DNA of 63,785 nucleotides, filler included, from Reclinomonas americana ATCC 50394 (lineage: Eukaryota): assembly GCA_048213135.1 (NCBI GenBank). It is 20 parts of 20 records of this genome, joined end to end, with 100 filler letters (N's around TTAATTAATTAA, not from the genome) between each part and the next. Parts side by side here need not be neighbours in the genome. Positions count along the whole stretch, not along the records: positions 53,273 to 55,512 come from AFZH01017449.1; positions 55,613 to 58,158 come from AFZH01017450.1; positions 58,259 to 61,573 come from AFZH01017451.1; positions 61,674 to 62,675 come from AFZH01017452.1; positions 62,776 to 63,785 come from AFZH01017454.1; 15 more parts are not named here. One strand, 5' to 3'. Positions within the stretch are counted from its first letter, which is position 1. The number at the start of each line of letters is the position of its first letter. The notes under the pieces were generated by a model, which saw only the letters and a program-made list of their open reading frames with translations, searched no databases and was not told the origin of the DNA. Below are positions 53,621 to 63,785 of this stretch, one piece after another. The translations under genes were made by a program, and so were the position numbers.

Positions 53621-54341
53621 GATGATGCGTCACAACAAGAATAACAACAACAGCACACTGACAGATGCACAGGGGAATGACACACGCGCGCTCTCTCTCT
53701 CTCTCACTCTGGCACAATATCAAAGCAGAGAAATACAACAACTCGCTCTCCTTCTCTCCTTACTCTTGAGCACCCGCACGCAGTGGGGAATGACACTGAC
53801 ACAGAACAGAACAGAGAACACACAAGCTCACTTCTGCTCAACAGCAACAACTCACACTCCTGTCTGTCAGACAAGTCGTGGGACATAACTTCTGGCTCAC
53901 ATAACAAGACAGAACAACGCGTCACTGAGCAGAGGCGTGTGCTCACATGTACACTGAGACACGAGCGTGTTGAAACATTGGCGAACAAGATGAAACGTCG
54001 AGAGACCGTCAAGAAGTTCTCAGAGGAGCAGGATCATTGATCGTTCACGACTTCACACTGGCCTCTCTTGCACAGAAAGGCACCACTCCGCTCTGCTTGC
54101 GAAGAAACGGTCTCAGTCCATCCCCGCCATCAGTGTTGGAGAACAGAAGAGAGCTGGTCCATTCATCATTCACAACATCACACTGGCCTCACTTGCACGA
54201 CACGACATGAATGGGGCATAACTCTGTTCTGCTTGCAAAGAAACCCTCCCTTCCGCCCTTATTCCCCCTCATCAATGGCAAACAAACACACCATACATTC
54301 ACCCTTCTCCTCCGACTCCCCCTTCTCCCTTTCCCTCCCCC

Positions 54342-55510
54342 TCAATCCCCCCACACAGCATCCGCCGCCGCCGCCAACAACATCGCCTCATATGACGACG
54401 ACCCCGACCCCGACATACCCCCACCACCTCCACCCCCACCACCTGCACCACTTCCTCCCTCCCCATCCATCCCCTCCCCCACCTCATCCTCATCGCCCAG
54501 CCGCTGAAACGCCCGCTCCTCATACAACTGCATGTGCAGCGAGATGCACTCGCTCACCAACTCCAGAATCGCCGTCTCGCACTTGCTGCGCAAACTCAAC
54601 TGCTCCCACCACGCTTGTGGCCGCTCGCTGAGCATGCGGAACAAGTGCAACGACACCGACGACGTGCGCTGCATGTCGTTGGTGACGGCGTAGCCGAGCT
54701 CGTCGCACATCGCACTGAATTCCTCCGCCACAAACGTCACGTCGTCCTTGCACTCTTGCACCGCCGCACCGACGCCGTGCTCGGTGGAGCGGCCGCGTTT
54801 GATTTCTTGCACGCAGCGTTCCCGCATGCCCAGGGCGTACCACAGTAGGCGGTCCAGCGGGAGACGCACACGCTCTGTGGATGGCGGCGATTCCACCGCC
54901 TGCCACTCGGCCAGCAGTGATTCGAGCACCTTTTCGGTGGTCGACAGCGACTTGATGGCGTTGTCATCCCCACCATGGAGGAGGAGGGCGGGAGTACCGA
55001 GTACGGCGACGAGGCTTGCATGCTAGTGGTCGAGTGAATCGCGGAGAATGGAGTGAAGCGGGTGACGAGGTCGATGTTGCGAGACTGTTGAGGTTAGAGA
55101 TGGGTGAGACGCTTTTCACAGACCGAAAGCTCTCTGGTATCACAAACCGCATCAGCGTGCATCCACTCGTCCACGCCGGGAGGCCACTTGAGGCCATCCA
55201 TGGCCCACTTGTCACGTCGTTGCAGCAGTCGGAGGTCACAGGTCATGGCGAAGAGCCTGCGAAGGTGGGAAGGGAGAAGGAAATGCATATGAGAATCACT
55301 GCATCACTGTCATTCTTCCATCTTCACTCTCCTTCTCGCTCTCACACACACACACACTCTTACTGCATCAGTCTCTCTGTCTTTCTTGGTTGCTTACCTC
55401 CTCAGCATCCAGTGGAGAGCGCGATGGGCCAGCAGCACTGCCGCTCAACTCCGCAGCGGAACCCTGCATGCAGAGAGTGAGTGAGTGCAACTCCGAGGAA
55501 GAGACATGTT
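54342..55510 (-). pseudogene. Duplicated 3' fragment of gene B with a frameshift
   Basis: Net 7-nt deletion at ~54975 relative to the 39.8, 46.1 and 62.1 kb copies breaks the frame. Confidence 0.65.
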
Positions 55511-55952
55511 CGNNNNNNNNNNNNNNNNNNNNNNNNNNNNNNNNNNNNNNNNNNNNTTAATTAATTAANNNNNNNNNNNNNNNNNNNNNNNNNNNNNNNN
55601 NNNNNNNNNNNNGGAGAGAGAGAGTATGCGCGCGCTCGTGCAGCGAGATTGTTGCGATAGTCTCTGCAGGACGCGGATTGCAAAGTGTGAAGTCGACTGG
55701 GTTCTCCTTTGTCTGGAAGGCGGACGGAGAACGAGAAAAGCAGCGTGAAAGGACATTGTTTTTTTACAACGGCATACATGTGCCGTTTCTTGCAACAAGA
55801 GTAGTGCGAAGCTTTACTCCCAACAGCTCCATCCACACCTTCCTGGTAATGTGACTCAGGTCCACATATCTCTTACCGACAATGCAGACCCAAGCACACC
55901 AACACACAGACACAATTAGTCTATCCCAAACAGTCATCTTCACATTCAGGAA

Positions 55953-58900
55953 TCACATTACAGAGCATCTGCGCTGCCGACGACCATTTTCGGGATCGTG
56001 ACGTCGCTGCTGCTGCTCAGATTGGTCTAGGCGACGTCGGCACTCAGCCAGCCACTTCATGGAATCTTCCGTACGCTCGTCCTCGTCACCAAGCACCGCT
56101 CGCCGACCATCCACACACTCTACTAGCAGTGCCTCTGCCTCGGCCCATCGATGCTGCCTCATGAACAGCCTGCCGCAGTTACAGATCGACTGCAGTGTGT
56201 TAACATGCCTGTCACCCAGCACCTCGCGTCGTCCCTCCAAGCACTCACGCAACAAATCAACAGCTTCCGTGCTCTGTTGATTGAGAGAATTGGCAAGATT
56301 ATTCATCGACATGAAAGTGTCTGGATGCCGATCTCCCAGCGATGCTCGCTTCAGCTGCAAGCATTCTCGTTCCAGTTGAATCACTTCCTCCAGGCGACTG
56401 CCATCTTGGATAGAAAATGCAACATTACTCATGAGTGCCAACGTGTCGGGATGCCAAGCTCCAAGAACCAGTCTTCGCAACTCCCAACAACGTCGATAGA
56501 GTGTCTCAGCATCAGCAAATCGCTTTTGACTGTACTGGTGCCTGCCCTGCCACTGCAGAGTCGATAACGAGTCTGGATGGCACTCGCCCAACGCCACACA
56601 CTGCCGCTCATGACATTGCACCAGCAGTGGCAAGTTGCCTGAATAGTAAGCAACCCACATCAAGCAGCGCATTGCGTCAATCTTATCTAGCACAGTCATC
56701 TCGCCACTGTCATCCCTCTCCCAATCCTCGCACAAATACCACGCCTGTTCCCACGCTGCTCGGCGATCATGCCAATTCTGTCGCATATTAAACAACCATG
56801 CGTGACACTTTGTCATCACAAAACAAGACCGTCGTCGCACTGGACTCATTACAACACCGCCACCTCCACGTGCACGTCTCTCGCACCGTGTCACGAAATG
56901 TTCAAGGAAATTGACCACCGCTGTGCCGAATCCAACAGATGGCAGCTTTCCCCACGCACGTTTCTCGCCAACCCACTCAACCGCCCCACACTGCACCAGC
57001 AGTCCATTCACACCAACACTATCATTCGCCCACATGCCACCGTCGACCCCACCCAACCGTCGCCACACTGTGCGAAGCACATCGAGCAGGTCTCGCAACA
57101 CCAACAGCACACCGTCACTGTCCATCTGTGAATCAATGCCACCCAACACACAACACACCAGTCGCACGATCAGTCGCTGCGTCCGTGACACTGCATCTCC
57201 ACATCGTCTCACAATCCACCCAGCAATCTCATCGTGTACTCGATACTCCATCGCCACGTTACTCTCTCCCACATGCTCACCACAGAGCACACGCGCAACA
57301 CTGTCCATGCTGCCACTGACGCCCACCGTCACCAGATTCGACACGCACAGACCCTCCAGCACATCTACCACTCCGTCGTCACCGCCAGCACCCACCAGCT
57401 CATCACGCCGTTCACGCACTCTCTCCTCCTCCTCCTCACTCATCTCGTCAAACTGCAGTCTCTCACCCACCACCTCGGGTGCACGCCTCCGCCTCTCCTG
57501 TGCCAGCCAATGCAATCGCAGTCGACGCACACACTGACTCAACTCCACCAGTCGGCCTGCTGCCTCCTCATCTTCATCCGTTGCCGCCACGTCGTCTTCA
57601 TCCACACTCGCAGCCCGCTCATTCTCATCGTCATCCACAGCCATGGTCATATCGGGAATCACTCGCAACACACCCATCGCCACTCGTGCGAGTGCAACTG
57701 TCACAGGCAAGCCGAGTTCCTTGCACGCCGTGATCAGCACCAACAGTCGACGTGCTGCCGCTGTCTGCGATATCACATTGCGCTCCAGCAGCTTCGACAG
57801 CGCATCACCACGGATGCCACTCAGAGCCTCCTCCAGTCGTGCACCCACCAGCTGTGCTGGCGACCGTGACAGCAACCAGCTGCATGGCGAAGAAAATGGG
57901 AGAAGAGAGAGAAGAGAGTGAGTTTTCTCATCCACGAGCCACTCACTCACTCAGCACTCACCCAACACAAGCACTTACTCGCAGTGCACTCTTCTCCTGC
58001 TGTCCACTCTCCAGCGCCTCCACGATCCGCCTTCGCACGTCCACTGACACCTTGTGGAGCAGTCGCTCCTCGACCAGCTGCACCATGTCCTACAACAAAC
58101 AAAACACTTCATTCACCACATTCCAGTAATGCGACAAATGTCCACAAATCCCTTGCCGNNNNNNNNNNNNNNNNNNNNNNNNNNNNNNNNNNNNNNNNNN
58201 NNTTAATTAATTAANNNNNNNNNNNNNNNNNNNNNNNNNNNNNNNNNNNNNNNNNNNNTTGACCTACCGACAAGTAACCTTGCGGGCACTGGTTGTACAT
58301 CCTGCTGGCATTGCATTTCTGTGAGTGAGGGTCATTCTCCACATTCTCCACTCGCACACACTCCACCTCCGCCTCGTGCATCATCGAGTCACGAATCTCA
58401 TCCGCCACTCGCCCATATCGACTCGTCAGCACCACTATCGGTGCCACCATGCCACCTGTACACAGACACACATGATGCATATCAAGTCAGGATCCAACAT
58501 CCAAGCAAGAATGACGATTCTCAATCTCGTGACACACTCACCCTCATTAGCACATTGAACAACATTCCTCACTTGCTTCATCGATCCCACATTGTCCAGC
58601 ACCATCACTCCACTCGATGCATGCATCAGCTGTCGCACCAGACGACGAGCTGGCTCCACTTCGCCACTCGCCAACAGCGCATCCACCTGACCGGCCATCC
58701 TTCGTCCCTCCACTTCATCCACTCGCATCTGCGCCGTCACAAAGGCACGCAGACACTCGCCCAGAGCGCTCTCCGCCTGCAGCATTTGGCATGGAGAGAG
58801 AGAGAGAGAGAGTCGGAATGACAGCATCATGAAAGAAAACATGCATGATCCTCCGCACACCATCACATGCTCCCTCGCATCACCCACATGACCGCGCATC

Positions 58901-60664
58901 TCCACTGACACGGCCGATCCTTTCCACCGACGGGTCGACAGCAACTCGGTCACCAGCAGCTCGGCCAGGAACGACTTGCCAGTGCCACCATCGCCCGTCA
59001 GCACCACCATCATTGGCTGGTGTGCTGCGCAGGAATCATCCACCACAGACAACACGATGAGACACATCAATGTGGAGAAGGAAGGAAGCGAGAAGGACCT
59101 CCAAACCTTCAACAGCATCCACAATGCGCGCGGCGAGTGAGGCCGCCAGCGCACGCCGACTTGGGAAGCGGAATGCGGTCACTGGATCGACGGTGCGGGC
59201 GATGAGTGGTATCTTCGGTGGGTGACTGCTGTCTGGTGCTGTGTGGCACGGAGAGGAGTGTGAGCACAGCAGTGCACATTCCACGCAGATCCAGCATGGA
59301 ACACACCTGCAGCTGAGGGAGAGGAGGGAGAGATGCTCAACGTATCAAATCGTTGGTGCACACGCTCCATCTGCATATGCACAGTATGCATTTCCATCCG
59401 TATCTGATCAATCGACACACAAGTGAGAAACAGAGAGGCACCTGCAAGTAACTGCCTTCCCTCATGCAAACTCACTCAACTTGCTCCACATTAGCTGCTA
59501 TCGACGCTTGGTCAGCCTGACTCAGTGCACCTGCATTCACACACAACCAGACAGCATCAGCTTCCACATTCAACCAAATCATCCACACTCAAACACCAGC
59601 CATCTCTCTCCCTTCACTCACCATCACGAGCCTCGTTCAGCTGCACCACCAATTCCTCCTCCACATCCCTGCCGATCTGCAGCCGCCGCACAAGCTGGTG
59701 CAACTCGCCTTCACCTCCTCCTACGTCACCGAGCAGAGGCACAAAGAGTGCACGAGCTCGTGCAGGACTCGCCTGCTCAAACACCTCCCTCATTCGCACA
59801 ATCGCATTGCGCTGTGACAATAAAAGAGTGAGAGAAAGAATCACGAAGAGAGAGAATCACACTCCTCTTCCTTCCATCTCCTTCCCATTCTCACACACTT
59901 ACCACATCGCCCGCAGGAATCAGACGATCCGGCTCGTCCCTCGGGTGCTCTCGCTGACCCGCCAACAGCAAGATTGAGCAGCACAGCATCGCATCAAACG
60001 AACTGCAGTCGTGCAGCTGGCCTCGCTGGCGCCACTCGCACACCGTCTGCTGCTCCTTCTCGTTCAGCTGGACGCACATGTCCACTCCGTCTGGCATGGT
60101 GCTGCATGTGGGGAAAGGCACCAAGAAAGAGAGGATGCTGGTGAGTGAGGGAATGTGTGTGACAAGAACGAGGATGCATTCATCAGAGATAGAATGAGGA
60201 GTTGAGTGGAGAGACGATGAAGAGCGTGAGAATGGGGGAGAAAGAGATGACCAACGCGTCACCATCTGCCACTTGCTTGCGGCAATCTTCTCTTCTCTCA
60301 TCTGCATCTTGCCATCGAGTGCTTCTGCATCCTCCCCCCTCACTCACCGCACATCACGCTCACTCGGCGTCTTGCACCACTCATCGACGTGATTCACACC
60401 GGGATACGAATCGAGAAACGCCGGCAGCACTTGCTCGAGTTTGAATTGCAGAGCGCGGGTGCATGGACGAGAAAGGGCCTTGACAAGGCGCATCGCGCAT
60501 TCCTCGTCACCAGCATCGTGATGATGACTGCACGAGAGAGGAGAGAGAGGAGGAGAGAGCCAAAAGGAACGTCAGACAAAATGCGGGAATGATGATGATG
60601 CATCTGACAACAACACAATGAGAGAGACACGCAACTCACGCGGCACTCCACTCCCACTCGCCAT
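55953..60664 (-). CDS. NLR-like STAND NTPase-TPR protein, copy 6 (beta subtype; most complete, with an insertion at ~58091-58331)
   Basis: About 11 exons join in phase from ATG 60664. Walker A GDGGTGKS at 58972-58995, VMVLDNV, VVLTSR, YRVHDE, TPRs, RRQRRCSVM. Confidence 0.8.
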
Positions 60665-61373
60665 GATGATGCGTCACAACAACAAGAAGAGCAACACACT
60701 GACAGATGCACAGGGGAATAACTATATATAAGAAGCGGAGAAATACACAACTCACTCTCCTTCTCTCCTTCTCTCTTGAGCACACGCACGAACACACAGT
60801 GGGAAATGCCACGGACACCGCCAGAACAGACACAAAAGCTCACTTCTGCTCACAGCAGCAGCAACAGCAAACCAATGATACGTGGGACATGACTTCGTCG
60901 ATATCGCGATGTGCACGCTGGCTCGCAAGACAGAATAACGTGTCGCACGAAGTGAGGCATGTGCTCTCATGTACACTGAGACACGAGCGTGTTGAAACAT
61001 TGGCGAACAAGATGAAACGTCGAGAGACCGTCAAGAAGTTCTCAGAGGAGAAACATCGTTGATCGTTCACGACATCACACTGGCCTCTCTTGCACAGAAA
61101 GGCATCACTCTGCTCTGTTGCGAAGAAACAGTCTCAGTTCACCCCCACCATCAGTGTTGGAGAACAGAAGAGAGCTTGTCCATTTATCATTCAACATCAC
61201 ACTGGCCTCACGTGCACGTTGCAACATGAAAGGGGCATAACTCTGCTCTGCTTGCGAAGAAGCAATCTCTTTTCATCCCCACTGCCTCCGTTCCCCTTCA
61301 TCAATGGCAAACAAAAAACACACCATACATTCACCCTTCTCCCCCTTCTCCCTTCTTCCCCTTTTCTTTTCGA

Positions 61374-63135
61374 TCAATCCCCCCACACCGCATCCGCCGC
61401 CGCCGCCAACAACATCGCCTCATACGACGACCCCGACCCCGACACACCCCCGCCACCACCACCCCCACCACCACCCCCACCACCACCCTCCCCATCCACC
61501 CCCTCCCCCACCTCATCCTCATCGCCCAGCCGCTGAAACGCCCGCTCCTCATACAACTGCATGTGCAGCGAGANNNNNNNNNNNNNNNNNNNNNNNNNNN
61601 NNNNNNNNNNNNNNNNNTTAATTAATTAANNNNNNNNNNNNNNNNNNNNNNNNNNNNNNNNNNNNNNNNNNNNTGCACTCGCTCACCAACTCCAGAATCG
61701 CCGTCTCGCACTTGCTGCGCAGACTCAACTGCTCCCACCACGCTTGTGGCCGCTCGCTGAGCATGCGGAACAAGTGCAACGACACCGACGACGTACGCTG
61801 CATGTCGTTGGTGACGGCGTAGCCGAGCTCGTCGCACATGGCACTGAATTCCTCCGCCACAAACGTCACGTCGTCCTTGCACTCTTGCACCGCCGCGCCG
61901 ACGCCGTGTTCGGTGGAGCGGCCGCGTTTGATTTCTTGCACGCAGCGTTCCCGCATGCCCAGGGCGTACCACAGCAGGCGGTCCAACGGGAGACGCACGC
62001 GCTCTGTGGATGGCGGCGATTCCACCGCCTGCCACTCGGCCAGCAGCGACTCGAGCACCTTTTCGGTGGTCGACAGTGACTTGATGGCGTTGTCATCCCC
62101 ACCGGTAGTGGACGATGAGGAGGGCGGGAGTACCGAGTACGGCGACGAGGCTTGTATGCCAGTGGTCGAGTGAATCGCGGAGAATGGAGTGAAGCGGGTG
62201 ACGAGGTCGATGTTGCGGGACTGTTGTGGAGAGCGAGATGGGTGAGATGCTTATCACAGACCGACAGCTCTCTGGTTTCACGCACCGCATCAGCGTGCAT
62301 CCACTCGTCGACGCCGGGTGGCCACTTGAGGCCATCCATGGCCCACTTGTCACGCCGTTGCAGTCGCCGGAGGTCACAGGTCATGGAGAACAATCTGCGA
62401 AGAGAGCAAGGGAGAAGGAAATGCATATGAGAATCACTGCATCACTGTCATTCTTTCCATCTTCACTCTCCTTCTCGCTCTTGCACAAACACACATATTC
62501 ACGCATCAGTCTCTCTGTCTTTCTTTGTTGCTTACCTCCTCAGCATCCAGTGGAGAGCGCGATGGGCCAGCAGCACTGCCGCTCAACTCCGCAGCGGAAC
62601 CCTGCACGCGCGAATCATGCAAAGAGTGAGTGAGTGAGTGAGAGTGAGTGCAACTCCGAGGAAGAGACATGTCCANNNNNNNNNNNNNNNNNNNNNNNNN
62701 NNNNNNNNNNNNNNNNNNNTTAATTAATTAANNNNNNNNNNNNNNNNNNNNNNNNNNNNNNNNNNNNNNNNNNNNGGGGAAGACAAAGGGGGAAGACAAA
62801 GGGGGAAGACAAAGGGGGAAGACAAAGGGGGAGACAGGGGAGAGAAAGGGAAGAAGGGAAGATCGGAGGAGAGGACGCAACTACGCGCGAATGCAATTCC
62901 ACTTCCTCAGCAGTCAGGTTGCGCAGGAACGGTAATATCGTGGCCATGTCGACTTGTGAGTCACCCTGTGTGATGAAAGCAGTCAGCGATCACGCTTTGG
63001 ACGGGGGAAGCGTGGGTGAAGACGAACCAGCATCTCGAGGAAATCTTGCACACGACACAGCACTTCGTCAGAGCGAAGCAACTGAGTGCAAGCATCGAGG
63101 TACTCGGGACGCTCGGCCTCGGGGACGCATTGTTT
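61374..63135 (-). CDS. 3' part of an uncharacterised helical protein gene ('gene B') that continues beyond the window; probable parental copy
   Basis: Exons KQCVPEAERPEYLDACTQLL..., GDSQVDMATILPFLRNL..., LFSMTCDLRRLQRRDKW... and SRNIDLV...LDRLLWYALGMRERC...AAAADAVWGD* with GT-AG boundaries. Family not recognised. Confidence 0.55.
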
Positions 63136-63389
63136 CTGTGGCATGCATCGGTGAGTGACGAGAGACGAGAAAGATCGATGGGACAGGAGTGCGAGAAATG
63201 CTGATCTCAACAAGCTCGATTTCTGACTCCCATATACTTCTGCTTCCTCTATCTCACTCGAAACGGTCGGTGGCTTGAGGGAACAGGAGAATCACAGAAC
63301 GAGACACATATGGAGAGAGAGCGAGAGAGCGAGAGCGAGAGAGAGCGAGAGCGAGAAAGAGCGACAAAGCGCGCGCGAGAGAGAGAGAG

Positions 63390-63785
63390 AGAGGAACGAC
63401 GAGAGGAACGCAGTGAGGAACAAAGAGAGGAACGAAGAGAGGAACGAAGAGAGGAACGCAGTGAGGAACGGAGAGGGGAACGAAGAGAGGAACGCAGTGA
63501 GGAACGCAGTGAGGAACGAATAGAGCGCGCGAGTGAGAGAGAGGAACGAAGAGAGGAACGAAGAGAGAGGAACGCAGTGAGAATAACGCAGTGAGGAACG
63601 CAGTGAGAGAAACGCAGTGAGGAACGAAGAGAGGAACGCAGTGACGAACGAAGAGAGGAACGCAGTGAGGAACGCAGTGAGGAACGAAGAGAGGAACGAA
63701 GAGAGGAACGCAGTGAGGAACGAAGAGAGGAACGAAGAGAGGAACGCAGTGAGGAACGAAGAGAGGAACGCAGTGAACGAAGAGA
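63390..63785. repeat. 12-bp tandem repeat (GAGGAACGCAGT/GAGGAACGAAGA), same family as at 21.4-21.8 kb
   Basis: Directly visible; runs to the window end. Confidence 0.9.

Larger units (their letters stand above)
29331..62675. repeat. Tandem segmental duplication with six units of roughly 6.5-7 kb (gene B 3' end + NLR gene + promoter/first exon of the trifunctional gene)
   Basis: The same order of homologous coding and non-coding blocks recurs at ~29.3, 33.9, 40.5, 46.9, 50.8 and 55.6 kb. Confidence 0.85.

Overview
Intron-rich genomic DNA from an unidentified eukaryote, probably a protist. It is a draft assembly with 19 N-gaps, each carrying a TTAATTAATTAA linker. Splicing the exons by hand gives three blocks. 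(1) 712-20004 (+): a large type-I membrane protein with a signal peptide, RxLL-type motifs, a discoidin/F-lectin-like domain, about 10 chitobiase-C/Fn3-like repeats, a TM helix and a YQRL tail. (2) 20078-29462 (-): a single-chain peroxisomal beta-oxidation enzyme. It runs PTS2 - enoyl-CoA hydratase - 3-hydroxyacyl-CoA dehydrogenase - 3-ketoacyl-CoA thiolase, and the MFP/thiolase junction lies inside one exon. (3) 29.3-62.7 kb (-): a tandem array of six NLR-like genes. Each has a putative degenerate HEPN-like N-terminus, an NB-ARC-type STAND NTPase and variable TPRs, and all end in a polybasic CaaX prenylation motif (RRQRRCS[V/I]M). The duplicated unit also carries the 3' end of the upstream gene and the promoter plus PTS2 exon of the beta-oxidation gene. 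Many introns use an unusual GTTGCGT donor. All family calls come from motif recognition by eye, not database searches, and exon structures are inferred.
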